Below the pieces are notes generated by a model. That model made no database searches. It saw only the letters and a program-made list of their open reading frames with translations, and had not been told where the DNA came from. From Takakia lepidozioides (lineage: Eukaryota > Plantae > Bryophyta): a DNA stretch of 64,000 bases. The DNA lies in assembly GCA_030704615.1 (NCBI GenBank), contig CM060732.1, positions 63,302,001 through 63,366,000 of the forward strand, read 5' to 3'. The translations under genes and the position numbers were made by a program. Below, one piece after another: positions 1-13,500 of the stretch (the stretch's first letter is position 1; every line of letters starts with the position of its first letter).

Positions 1-27
1 ATTTCAAGATGTATCACACAGGCTTGA

Positions 28-182
28 AACCACACAAAGAACTTAGAACAATGCAAGGAGCTTCAAGCACACAAAGGACTTGTAAACAAATTCAATGAGC
101 TTCAGACACACAAAGGACTTAGAACAAATTCAAGGGGCTTCAAGCACACAAGTACATAAGGGACTTAGACAAATTCAGGGGT
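28..182. repeat. ~38-40 bp tandem repeat (CACACAAAGGACTTAGAACAAATTCAAGGAGCTTCAAG-like), about 4 copies
   Basis: The unit recurs at ~30, ~69, ~108 and ~145 with a few substitutions. Confidence 0.75.
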
Positions 183-1410
183 TCCTACAGTTTGACATTC
201 AAAACTGTTTGGAAACATCCCGATAAAGTCAAAAATCCGGGATGTATTTCCGGTGAAATCACCTTCATCTGCAAAACCCGGGATGCATTTCGGGTTAGGG
301 GTAGGCCATATATATGTGGGGTGGCAAAGTCCAAAACCCCTCATTATGAGGGGGTGGGCCGAACCTGGGGCAGGGGTTTCATAGGGTTGAGGGTGGAGTG
401 GGCCCCCAAGAAAGTAGGGGCCGGCTAGCGAGAGGAGCTCCCAAACCATCTACCCTTGTGGGCTATGGTTCCAAATATCCTAGGCCTGCTGGCTATAACA
501 TAGGTGTGCCATTTGAAGTCTTGGGCAGGGAACCTAAAGATGCGATGACAGTTACTGATTGGTCTCAAAAAATTTGGGGACCTCACATGGATGCCTTTGA
601 CACTTCAACCGGAGGGATTAGGAATTGAACGGCTGAATTTTTTTTGTAGAATATTTGGAAGAGAGATTTTGGTCTGCCCAAAGAAAATGGCATAATTTGA
701 CCCCCCCCTTTGTCACTACAAAGGAGCTCACTTGAGAACATTTCAGAAAAAACTGAAAACTTCTGAGGATGTGTGTTATCAGGTATAGAACAACATTCTT
801 GAGACTGTAAAATTTAAAAAAAAAACCTGCCCCGGGTATTGGCTAAAAAACTGCTTTTTTTGGCACCTAGTTCTTAGTGGAGATTTGTTTTTGTCCCAAC
901 TCTACACTTTATAATCTTCAGATCTGGCCGTTGGATTTTGGTGAAACTTTTTGTGGTAGGAGGTGGGGTAGGTGGGAAGTAATTCCAACGGTCAGTTTTA
1001 CATGGACATAGAAAATTTCAAGATAAAAAAGTTTTTGTGGGCTAGGGTCAAGTTTTTCCACCAAAGGGTGAAAATGAGCTTGGGCCCACTTAAGGGTTAA
1101 TATGATAAATAGGAAGAGTTGCATTACTCACTATATGAAACCTTTTTATAAACAGGAAGACATATAGAGCTTTTATGTAGATTTGTTTCAATGTCTTGTC
1201 TTCTTGTCTTTAATGCTTGAGTACAAATTTATCAGATTTTGCAAATGACAGGTAGAGATTGGAGAAGACAAGCATTGCAGAGGAACAGATTCCACGTCGT
1301 CCACGACCAGTGAATCCAAGCAGGGATGGTTTTAGCTCAGGCTTTACTCCTTTCAGACAGCCACTCCCTGAGCTCAAGAATATTGGAGCTCCTCTTGCAG
1401 CGTCAGTTCC

Positions 1411-1591
1411 GGCTCTGCCAAGGCAACAAACGCCGGAGGACTGCCCGAGCTTCAAGGTGGTCATCGTCGGAGACAGTGCCACAGGTACTTCGGGTACTAC
1501 GGGTTCTTTGCTCCCGGCGGTCGTAGCGGAGCTGCAAGCAGCAACGCTGCAGCCCATTCCCGACGACGACGAGGACAAGTTCGAGAGCTAG
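1411..1591 (+). pseudogene. RAN: Ran GTPase remnant: N-terminal segment joined to the acidic C-terminal tail
   Basis: ALPRQQTPEDCPSFKVVIVGDSATG resembles the plant Ran N-terminus ([24 protein letters not shown]). AELQAATLQPIPDDDEDKFES* resembles the Ran C-terminus. The GTPase core between them is absent. Confidence 0.75.
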
Positions 1592-2874
1592 GTCGTGAGT
1601 GGGATGTGGGGGTAGTCGCCCATTTTCCTGTCTGGCTATTATCATTGTGGCAGTGGGAAATGGCGGTGGATACGTGGGCGTCGGTGTGGACGTGTGTGTT
1701 CGTTAGAGATGGTCAGTGATGGTGACTTGAGCTTTTTCGAGACAGTCTCTGGCACTAATTAGGTTAGGTGCATGGTGGATGGGCGTGCTGGTCGATGGGA
1801 ATGGTACATAAGAATGAACGCTCGAGACATTGAGAATGTATATGTGATCGGCCGAAGCTTCTTCCAGTGGAGTGGATGGTTAGACGCTGAGTTCTATTGT
1901 AGAGACAATGTGGGGTTCTAGTGTATGGTGTTCATTGTACTCTGGGACGGGTGGAGTTTTTTTGGGGAGTTTTAGTAGTGGTGATGCTACCTGTGGAAAT
2001 GTGAACCGGAAATTTGCTCGGATTGATACCATTTTCATGTAAGTAGAACTGCTTGTTTGTGACATTGTGACTCCGTGTGTCTCTGGATCGTGAGTGTCTT
2101 GTTTCCAATTAATTTTTGTGCTTGCATGTAAGGCAGACGGATTTGACACAAAAGACGTTCCTCAGATACAGCCCCGTACAGCTGCATCAGAGGAACGTTC
2201 ACGGAGCGAATGAACGTCTACAAACTACATCAGGCACGGCGGTCTAAATCATACAACGGCACGTACATCTAGAAATGGAATAATAATAACGCAGGGACTG
2301 CTGCACCAGTTGATATTACAGTTACAGTTATTACAGTATTGCAATATACTTGCATTCAGCTCACAAGCGAACCACAATGCAATTTCTGCCAGACTACCAG
2401 AATATAATTTAGAAGACCACTCTGAAACCCTGTGACCACTATTCTAAGACTACTCTGTCCACACAAGGCAAGCTGGAGTTTACAATTCAAGTTCACTGCA
2501 GACTTTATGTGCTAGCCTAGTACTCCAAGTTATCCAAGACTATGCGAGGTACCGTTCGCAACGCCAGTTTTCCAGAACCCCGTTAAGGGAAGCGTGCATG
2601 AGCAACGCCATTTCAACATGAGTGGGAGCCTCCTCGACAAAAGTAGCGTTCATTGCAAACGGCTGGCCTCCGATAAGTGAAGTAGGGGGGGTCTTCACAT
2701 GCTTCCTCTCTCTCTCTGCCCCTTGATCATCTTTCAGGAATTTCACCTGAACGACTTCGTTAAAATCAATGCCACTATCTTACTCTTCCGTTGTGGATAG
2801 GGCAAAATGTGTGATCGTTTAAACTGCGAGAAATCTTATTTCCGCAATCTGGAGGGAATGATGATGGTCTTGCG

Positions 2875-3271
2875 AGGGCAAAGCTTGCTGTCTTCGTCTC
2901 AGGAGGGGGTTCCAACTTTCGAGCTATTCATGCTGGATGTCTGAAGAACGCAATATTTACATGGCGATGTTGCCTTCGTGGTTTCATACAAGCCTGGTAT
3001 TTTTCTTTCTCTTCCGATGGCCTTCGATTGTTCCTTCGATTTGAGGCAGTTGCTAGTAGCCTTTGGTTTACTTCTTCAGTTGCTCAAGTGTATGCGGCTT
3101 ACAAAATGAGGTACAGGTCGGAGTTCCGTTAATTGTCGTGCATATTTTTTTAAATTCAGGTTGCAAAGGCTGTGAATATGCAGTCGATAACAACTTTCCC
3201 GTCCTGGCTTATCCAAAGGGCAAGAATGCGCCAGAGGGAATCTCTCCGACTGAGCTTGTAGAGAATCTGAG
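2875..3271 (+). pseudogene. PUR3: Phosphoribosylglycinamide formyltransferase (PurN/PUR3) 5' fragment, two exons, frameshifted
   Basis: Exon ~2875-2996 reads RAKLAVFVSGGGSNFRAIHAGC, then a frameshift at ~2956 to LHGDVAFVVSYKP|GT. Exon ~3160-3271 reads GCKGCEYAVDNNFPVLAYPKGKNAPEGISPTELVENLR|GT. No downstream NIHP catalytic exons found. Confidence 0.8.
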
Positions 3272-5038
3272 GTGAATATAAAATATTGTTTTACTTGTTT
3301 GGTAAGTGCACTTACCATGGTATGTCAATTTTGTCTAGATTTATATTACAGTAGCCAGCTAGACTTCCATTTCTCTAGGCTGAAATGCTAGATAGGACTT
3401 GTGCTCGCTGATCTTTCTTCTGTCAAATTGCTTTGGACGTGGTAAGATTTGCTGGAGTGAAAATCACATTGTTTTGTAGGAGTGTTTTTCGGCTTGATAT
3501 GAGGCTTTCCTGTATGTTATCTAGTTTTTGCATCATCGACCGGGAAATTGCTGCTCATTCGTAGTGCTGCTCATTGGAAAACTAGATAATGCTGTGAGAA
3601 GGGTTTTCCTGCTCGAATGAGACCTTCCAACTGTGTTTTCTCTCGAGCCTGTTGTGTGTAGGGCGTATTACCGACCTTTTTGACAGGACTGTTTCCTTCT
3701 CGCAGGATGGTTCACTGCTGCGCACGGTGCTTCCAGGAATAAATAATGTGCTGATCACCTTGGCTGTTTGCCCGTGTGCACCTGTGATTGCGTTGCATCT
3801 GTTGGGGACAGAAACTGATTCCAGGTGCAGGCACAGACAGCACAAGTTAATTTCAGCCAGCGCTCTGAGGAGTTCGGGTCCCGTAAGTCAGAAAATGGAC
3901 CTACGTCAAGAATAAAAATACAGGGAGATGAACGCTCAACTTTCGAAGAGCTTTATTTGTTTGTTTGTTTTGTTTTATTCTCAAGCCTGGGCCTCTTTTC
4001 AGATCCACAGAAAAAATTACAGATAATGTTGAGATCTTAGTTCTTTGTATATCCTATTCTACTTGACGTTCAAGATGCTTGTCCAAAAAACAAGAGGACG
4101 CCTCTCCAAGGAAGCTTGACTATAGCGTCTCTTCATCCCCAGGTGCTTCCATTTCCTTGTGGGCTGTGCCCTTGAGCCTCGTGCTTGACGTTCATGTGAG
4201 GTTACTTAGAGGAAGTATCGGATCTCTTAACAGAGGCAGAAAGGAAGACATGTATGTGCAAGAAGATCTCGAACTTGTTGTGGTTGAACTTGGAAGAGGC
4301 AGAACGTTGTCCACTTGTGCAATGGCGGCCATGAGGAAAGGTAGTTGGTCGAGAAGTGGCTGCAGCAACCAAAGCCCGAGAACATAGTGTGGCCGCTCCG
4401 CCCTTCCAAACGGAGGGGCTAGCCACGACTGGTCACAAGTGAGGATAAGGGAATCGTATACTCAAAGTCTCTGTAGCCGCCAAGTGGCTTCTTACTGGGG
4501 ACCGGCCCTGGGGAACCCGGGAACACGGTCCCAGAGGAAGAGAACGTAGCTTAAGAACCCGGGATTCACAGAAAGAGAAAGAGAAAGAGAGACAGAAGTG
4601 TAGGCACAGCTAAGCAGAAAGAGATTGTGTGACTGATCTCTGTAGGCAGTCTTCGCCGTCTGATTGATTGCTGATTAAGTTGATCTACAATTGTCTTTTT
4701 ATCGTGTGCATCACTGAGGAAGCTCAGCTCAGAGAGTTGCAGTAAGTAGGTTGCAGATTGCGAGAGAGAAGTATACCTGTACAGGAGTTGGGTGGAAACA
4801 GGCAGAATCTATCAACTTTGAATGGGGAGTGTAGGGAATTTGTTACTTGCATCCGCCTCCAGAAGGACCACGTACCTGTCTCTGCAATCCATATCTCGAT
4901 TTCATCTTTCCCGCCAAATAGATCGCTGAGAACACCGTGTCATATTGGGGCAAACTCCTCAATCTGTGATGTAAGGGAGTCTCGACGTTCCACAAGCAGA
5001 TCGGTATTGATTTCTGATGGCACGACGCTGTCATTTAG

Positions 5039-6837
5039 GGGCCATTACCTGTCTCTGAGGTTGTCCAGGGACTGGCAATCGACCTGACCGCTGTCATTGT
5101 CTTTGCTCTCTTGTACCGGTCTGAGTCCAAAGCAGGTGATGCTTCGCTGGCAAAGGTATCAAGGGAAGAAAACCTAGCTACCTTGCGTTTACAGCTTAGT
5201 AACAAAAAGGTTGTTACCCTTGGTCAGTTGCGGGGAACATCCCGCATTGTCATTCTTGCCGGCCCAGGCTCGTACATTGAGGAGGCTCTTCGTCAGAGTG
5301 AGCCCTTCAGGGCAGACCTTTTGGAGCGAGGGGTATTGGTGGCAGCCTATGCAACTGATGGAGGTGTGCCGCCCGTCAGTGAAAGCCCAGAAGCTGCACC
5401 TGCCACACCAGCTGGTATGGCAAGGTTTCAGGGTTAGAAACTGCCTTGCATCGCCACAAATGAGGAATGCCAGCTCTTGCGATTGCTAAGTTTTAGTTTA
5501 GAAGTAGTTCCCTTAAGTGAAATTTTTGGTCCTTGAACTTGAATATAATGCATAAATGACGCCTAAACCCCTTGTGTTACAGTATTTCTCCTTTGTCCAA
5601 CACAAAGCTGAATGCTTTTCTGCTTGAGACTGGTATTCCTTTGATAGCCTGCAACTTTGATGCAACTTTCTTCATTTGGTGCAGGAAGGGCCCAAGGGAC
5701 CACTGACGGTCCAGCAGCTAAAGATGTGCAGAGCCCGGACATGATGGCTGTGGCTGATGCAGATAGAAGGTGGAGAGCAACAGCAATCTACACCTCGGAG
5801 TGGGCAAGGCAAGAATCTGACTTCCCTCTCCCCTACTGTACATCTCTCTGCCTCCAAAATATTGCTGGAAGTCTCGTTCTTCTTTGGTGACTAGGCAATA
5901 CATTGGCCTGATCCCTTGTATCACTGCCACACTGGATTCCAATACTCTCGTGACAATTGTTCGCCATACAGAAACACTGTGTCTGACTCCCACACTGATA
6001 GCTTGATTTTCGCAGCATGTCTTAGAACCCGCAGATGTATTAAATGAGTGATTTTTAACTCTCTAAAATTCCAAGTCTTACAAGAACATGTCATCAGAAA
6101 TAGCCACACTGGCATCATGCCTCCTACCTCTCCACTAAGTTTTCCACATCCCTCTTGGGCAACTTCCTAGACAGGAAGTCGGAATATTGAACACATTTTT
6201 GTTGAGTATGTAACACCAAGACAGACATCATTTCTTCTTCTCAGATGAAGATATTATTCTTCATTGCTAAAAGTTGCTTATCTGCATGAGGCAATCTGTG
6301 TGACGCCTATAGGTGGCTTAATGAGCAGAAGAAGCTAGCGAATGTTCAACAAGATAAACCAGTGTGAGTGGTCTACCGTACTTTCCGATGTCTTTACTGT
6401 GTGTGAATGTTCATTTTGTATTGTGCATTTAGCAAGGCAGTGACCAAGTATCTGTTGAGATTTGTATTACTGGTCAGAATGCTGGGCTCACTGAGGTGCA
6501 GGGTATGTGTACCAAGTGTACGTAGAATACTTGAACATGAACTGCGTATATTACCTGTGTACACCTATCTAATTCAAGTTGTGCCTTGGAGCTCCACTTG
6601 AAATTCAAATTTTTTTGCATGGTTACTGAAGGAAAAATGGTAGGGGTTCTAATTGAAAAACGAGGCACACATACTGAACTGTGACTTCAATTTCTTAGGT
6701 ACATATCCCTGCGACTAGACGGTCGAGTACGGGGAAGTGGGGTAGGCTTCCCTCCATGGGGGGCAATGGCTTTGCAATTACCTCCTCTTCAGGGCATATG
6801 GGGGGTTGCTCTGGACGGCATGGATGGCAGAGTCTGA
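5039..6837 (+). CDS. LOW PSII ACCUMULATION 1-family protein (DUF3493), 3' exons 5039-5414, 5685-5808, 6313-6363, 6699-6837; 5' exons not identified
   Basis: Motifs AKVSREENLATLRL, LRGTSRIVILAGP, LLERGVLVAAYATDG, WLNEQKKLANV and YISLRLDGRVRGSGVGFPPW...GLLDGMDGRV*. Splice phases are consistent, with one GC-AG intron. Cannot tell LPA1 itself from its TPR-less paralogue. Confidence 0.85.
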
Positions 6838-7544
6838 CACTGCTTTGGAACTTGCACTATTCCAGGTACAGAGGATAGTAGACATGTTAGAAACTCAGTT
6901 TTCACAGTCCTCCTTTTTCTTGAAATTATGTAGATTAATCTTTGCTCCCTGCCACATAGGAATTTCCTTTTGGAAGTCGGTCAGTTTGCAAGATCAGTCT
7001 AAGGATAAATCTGCTATCAAGCTAACATTGCACTGTGAGATAAACATGAAACATGAACAAACGTTCAATACTTCATATATCTGGATGAAAACTCATTTCA
7101 TTTATTGCATTAATTCAATCTGAATTATCAGAGATCGCGGGATGTTACCTAACATCATAGCCTTGGTGCCAGGTGACACATTACCTCTGGAAGTAAATTG
7201 TATTCCATGTGAGATGAAGTGAAGGAAAAAACAAATAAGGCTCTCAGCTGGTATGGTGGGCCCCTTTCCAAGGTGGACCCTTCTATCCATGACATTAGAT
7301 ACTCATTTTGCCCTCTATGTTTGGCAACATGTGCTTCATGTACGACGAGGTATCTGTCAGGAAAAATGGCAGAGATAGCTTTGAAAGGATATGCTTATAT
7401 CAACATGAACAAGACTACCTGAATAGAATTCACAAATAAACACTACTAAACGGACCAGGAAAGCTATAAACAAAAGGAGAAACAGTCATATAAACAAAAA
7501 GAATAATGATGATTGAGAGCATCCCTCCTTGAACAGAGTAAGGT

Positions 7545-10500
7545 TTAATGATGATTGGAAGCGTCCTCCCTTGATGGCGGTAATGACAGTGAGCAACGTT
7601 GGTCGACATCTCCTTCTGTCAACTCTCGGACATTGCGCACTGGCAACCTGATGCCCAACCCAGCCTTGTGCATCAAAGACTTTGTGTTCTCCAGCTCATC
7701 CTTGAGTGCCTGAAGCAAGTTGAGAATACGAAAACATGGATTAGTCCACACTCCACACCCCTCGTACAAGAGTGTGTTGATGAGAAAGCCATGGGAGTGC
7801 CCCAAAACTCACACTGCAACACCACCGTCACCCTGACCACATTATATCCAAAGCGTGGATCTGATTATTGGAATTGGCATGGCCATGGTACTGCAAGCCT
7901 CTGACCCTAGAGAGACCTCTGAGTGAAACTTGGTTTTTGTTTCAACCACCACAACATGTAACAGGCAAAGCTACACCTGGAGTGTGATGCAGGTTACATC
8001 ATACCTGGTGATCCTTCTCCAGCTGCTCATGCTTGCTAAGGAACACAGTTACTCGTGCCTCAAACACCCGGCGTTCCACCTCCCAAGTCTGACGCTCCCC
8101 TCGCACCTTGTTTTCCATTGACTGCGGCCACCACAACCTTTGATCAAAGCCTGTAACTGTATAACTAGACTGCGTAAGTTGAAGGTGCTCCCCGAGCAAA
8201 AGCATATGAAACTATAATAAGTTCTTCCAATATGAGAGGACAATAACGGTGAACTGTGGAAATTCACGTTGTTATGATGAGTAGTGGAATTTTATTTTTA
8301 GTTCTACTTTTTGAGAAACAAACACACATTACTTGCCAATGGGACAGTAGAGAGCCCAAGACTCCCACCCATCTCAGCAACAACACCTAACCAATTGCTA
8401 AGGGGGATGCATATGTCAAGTTGTGGTATTTGAAGCAGTAAGCCATCTACTGACAATTGTTACTGCTTACTCATGCTGGCATTGAAGCTAGTTAGAAATA
8501 AATCCTACATCCCACTAATCAAACATGCATCTGTCTCTTGGCAAAGGCTACTGGCAGTCAGTTGGGACTTGAAGGGATAATATTGCTCTGCTGCAACTAA
8601 AAATTCCTTTGCAACACAGCATATTGGAACTCCAAATCTTTGACTCAGCCAAGTTACAGCCACTTACGAACCAGCACAACATCTGTTGGCTCATCCATGA
8701 GGGACTGTGACAAACGTGTCTGAGCCCACCCTTCTGTCAGTCACTGTAGGAGGCAGTGATGTTGTTTCTGCAGTCATAGCAGTTGAACTTTTTAATAAGT
8801 CTTAAATGCTTTTGGTATGGTATACCTGCTTTTCGTTGTCCCAGGCAGTGATCATTTCACGAAGCTTGCGCTTGAGGTTGCGGTTACTCTGCTTGTAATA
8901 CACATTGTCTTTATCCAGAGCCTCAATCTTTTGGTTCATATCTGGGGGTACCTTCTCCTCAACTTCTTCCTTAGGCACCCCTGCTTCATAGTCTTGAAGT
9001 TGGAAGTCGGCAAGTGTTTTGGTTATCATGTCATCTGACCTGCAAGGATCCAGTTGGCCAGGCTTTGGATATGCTATGGTCTTAGTCCTTCCTGGCCAGT
9101 GGTACAAGTATAGATTGGAAAGGACTACAGACCTAATGGCCTATATTGGGAGTGTAGCAAAGTTCAATATTCTTTTGCTTCCATGGAATTAGGGTTTCTT
9201 GACATCCTAATAACTGTTCAGACATTGGGGACATCTCAAATGGTTCAGTAGAAAATGGTTCGAAGAATTTTGTGAACTTTCTTTGCAACTGGTTTAAAAA
9301 ATAAGCAGGAAAGGTCACTAAAGAGCCTGTAGAACAAAACCAATATGGCCAAATATGTGATGATCACCCCAAAAAAGTTGCAATGCCTGCACCCACATTA
9401 TTGCACATTAATCAGTGGTAAACTTCACTCAAGTATCCAGCTCAAACTTCCGTCTGTGTGTATGGGTAAGCGGAGCCATCCAGAGAGAAATTCAAGACAA
9501 ACACTTGGTTTGTTGTTGGGTTGCTACTATAGACTGCAAATCTGGAGTAGAAAGGAGGGAATAGGAAGGAGGGCCGATCCAAGACGGGAGCATCTGGGAT
9601 ATTGCCAATGCCAATGCTGGAGGCTGATGGCTCCAGTAGTGGACTTACCTTGCGAAGTATATGTAAGATAGAGTGTACTGAGTGAACATTCCGGGTGGCT
9701 ATGACATATCCTTGAGGGAATAATCCCCACGGGATACTAATAAGTCTCCTGGAGCTGGACACTCGGTCTTAGCCCACCAGGGTATGAAAGTAAGCATGAA
9801 ACTGCCAAAGTGCTCACGCATAGCGCTAGACAAGCTGATTTCACGGAATTCAGGGGCTGCAGTAGGTTTGTTGGACTAAAAGTAGTGCTTTCTAGGATGC
9901 TATCACTGCAACCTTTTACAGGTGTGAAAGAAGTAGCTGGGTTGCATTGCTGGGTTACACTGTCAGCAGAAAAGGGCAACATGAAAAGAAATCGATCTAT
10001 TACATATACAGGGCCTGCAGGCAAAACTGACCTCTCAAGAACTGGAGTTGTGGACACAGTCTCGACCTGCTTCAACAAGTACTGAACATTCTTTGCATGC
10101 TGTGTTTGCAATTCTGTCAACCTGTCGACAGACACAATCCACATGTTGAATACAATTCCTGCTCAGTCATTGACATGATGTGGTTCTGAGTTCCAGACGA
10201 AGATGGCATCTAAGAAGAATCAGTTAAGCCAACACCACAGTTCCAATGTAAAGTTCCAGGCAGGACCGCTAATGGAGGCAAGGAGACTACCTAAGAGAAT
10301 CTACATCAATTGTCCTTCCCTACTCTCCACCCAAAAAGCTCCTCACTCCGTTCCTTCCTCTTATCCTTCTTTAATCCCAGTGGCTATGCCTCCTCGCTAG
10401 TCCACAAGTTCTTCTCTCTCAATCCCTCGAGCAGTACTTTTTTTTGGCTCTGGTTTTGTTTCCTCTCTCATGTTTTTTTCCATTTTGTCCCTCAAGCTCT

Positions 10501-13500
10501 TTGAGCTTTCCGCGGACGTTATAAAGTATCACTTCATTTCATTTCATTTCATTTCTCATCCCCTGTCCCGGGCCCTCATGGCCCCTGTGGATGCTACAAA
10601 GTTCCTTTCTTTCGCAAAGGACTCTCCGTTGCTTCCCTAACGCCAAAAAATATGGAGGGGTGGAAATTCCGTCCAATAGGATCGCAATAGACGCATCAGA
10701 AGAGAACTAATGAAATTCACATCAGGTGGCAATGAAAACCAGCCACTCTAACAGCAAAACTGCAGTTCTATCGGGAGACATTATTGGGGCTCCGTGACAG
10801 TAGAATCTTGTGGCCCAATTACCTCTCTGCAGCTCCATCTCCCTCTCTTCTGAGGGCATTGGGGAGGTTCAGGGTCGGCTCCCACGGTCTGCAGATAGAG
10901 ACTGGTAGGTGGGAAAGCCTGCAAGGTGAGGACCGCCTATGCCCCACTTGCGCTGGGAACAACAGGTAAACAAAAGTGAAGAACATTTCTTCTTATACAG
11001 CCCTTCCTATTATGAGATCCACGGGAGATTCAACTGTCTATTCTGGGAGACCAATCTCTCATGGAGGTCTTCCATTACGAGGATCATATATGCTTTGGCA
11101 GCTTACCTGCATGCAGCATTGACTCTTAGACAATCCCTAGAGCAATAGTTGGGGTACTTGTGGCCCCTCCCTTTCTTGTTTCTTGCTTCCTCTTGTCCCA
11201 TAAGCTCTCTGAGCTTCCTCGGACATTATAAAGTACACCATTTCATTTCATGTCTTTCTCATAAATTGCTATCTTACAATAAACTGTGTCAAACAAAACC
11301 ATAAATATACCTGCGATCAAACTCCAATTCTTTCATTCGGGAGTTACGCTCCACTTCATCAAGTGCTTGCGCTTTCTCCTTGAGATGCAGCTCCAAGTTG
11401 GCCACTTTCTTGGCATCTTGCCGCTGCTTTTCCTTCACTTCCACAAACTTATCCAAATATTTTCGCAGTATCACCTTTGCCTCCTGTGGGGCAACCATCT
11501 CTAGCTGTGTACTCATGCCCTCCCTGCATCCACACTAGTCCAAGATCAGTAAGGAGAGAGAGAAGAGTGTTGTAGTCATTGACATGCATTGACAAGCTAG
11601 GTTCTAGGTTTGAATTGCATGTGTGGTGGGTGCTTTGAACCCACGACCGCTTGCAAGGCGACCTTTAGTCTTCGAAAAGCATGACAGTGTGACTGAATTG
11701 TCATTGGACTATGGCACAATGTAAAAGGGGGTCACTCAGTCAAGCGGTCGCCTAATGTGTAGGTGCCTGGGGGGTTTAAAATCCTTGCGGGAGGTTGGTT
11801 ACGGCCATCGGAAGGTGTCCACCTTTCTGAAGACTTCAATTTCACTTCTCATAAAATCCATGGGTTTATTCTGGCTTTTGCACTGAGTACGAGATTGATT
11901 CCAGCACTGCTCCTCTTGCAACAGATTTGCAGTCATCCTGGCATGTGGAAAGGCCACACTCAAGAGGAAATGAAATGAAATGAAATAGTGCTTTATAACG
12001 TCCGCGGAAAGCTCATAGAGCTTATGGGACAAAATGGAAAGAAAAACATGAGAGAAAACAGGAAACCAGAGTCAAAGATAAGAACTATTGTTCGAGTGAC
12101 TGTCTAAGGGTGAATGCCTCGTGCAGGTAGGCTGCCAAGCATTTCTGATCGTCATAGTGAAATGAAATGAAATGAAATGAAATGGTGCTTTATAACGTCC
12201 ACGGAAAGCTCATAGAGCTTATGGGACAAAATGGAAGAAAACATGAGAGAGGAACAAATCCAGAAACCAAGAATCACAATTAATGTTCTAGCGATTGTCT
12301 AAGGGTGAAGGCCTCGTGCAGGTAGGCTGCCAAGCATTTTTTATCCTCATAGTGGAAGACATCAGTGAGAGTTTGGGTTCCACTGAATAAACAGTGGAAT
12401 CTCCCACGGATCTCGTAGTATAGAGGGCAGTAGAAGAAGAAGTGTTCTTCAGTTTCAATTTCCTGGCTGCGCCCTATGCAAGCTGGACATAGGCGGTCCT
12501 CCCGTTGCAGGTTTTCCCATCTGCCAGTCTCTATCCGTAGGTTGTGGGAACCCACCCTGAACCGCCCCAATGCCCTCAGGAGGGAAGGAGATAAGGATAC
12601 TGAAAGGTAATTTGGTCTCAAGATTCTATCATCGCGGAGCACCAAGAATGTCTCTCGATAGAAGTGGAGTTTTGTCGTGAGATTGGGTAGCTTCCAAGTT
12701 CTCTTGACATGTAATTCCATAAGCTCTCTCCTAATGAGTCTGAAAGAAAGGAAACTTTAGTATCCATTCAAAAGCGTATGCAACAGAGGTAAAGAAAGTA
12801 GTGGGGCCCCCAACAACCAGGCATCACAACTAGAAAACTACAGTTTAACTTCGAGTGGTTTCCTAATGTGGAGAAAGAAGAAACCAAGTTCATGACATTC
12901 GAGAGCCAATGGAACGAAGTGAACAACAGGAAGACCACATAAAAGACTCCCAACATCCCGTGCCTCAAAGAAATATAGAAATTTACAACGCCTACAGGAT
13001 GCCTGGAGGGCCTATGGGACATATGGAAAGGGAGAATTGTGGTTTGATCGAGTAATCTGAGGACATACTTGGTGCTAACACCTTCTTGGATTTCACGCTC
13101 GTGTTCGGCTATGGACAGGGTCATGTACTCTGCCTGTGCATCCAGAGCCTCAATCCGCTCATCCAAATCTCCAAATAGAGACTCCTCTCCCTGTGTTAGC
13201 AACTTGTGTGGTTTTTGACGGCATTCGAAGGCTATGCAAGCTTGCTTCTCATGTTCACATTGTTCCCTCATTGCCAAGACCTGTCCAAAGAATGTAACCA
13301 TATCAGAATCAGTACTTACAGATCTGACTAGGAGCTAAAGATAAGAAACAGCAAGAGCAATGACTCAGCTAAAAACCTCCTATATTCACTTAGTCCCCCA
13401 GTCAGGTTTCTGGAAATGGTCCATTGTTACAATGAGACACATTTAACAAATCCTGAACCATCTAGATAATTCATTGACAGTGAGCACTTCCAATATTGTT

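Noticed and set aside
4079-5034. Short ORFs as the missing LPA1 or PUR3 exons
   Set aside because: None contains the expected conserved motifs; the region is left unassigned.
11620-11720. Functional tRNA gene
   Set aside because: A B-box-like arm is present but there is no convincing cloverleaf; treated as a possible SINE.
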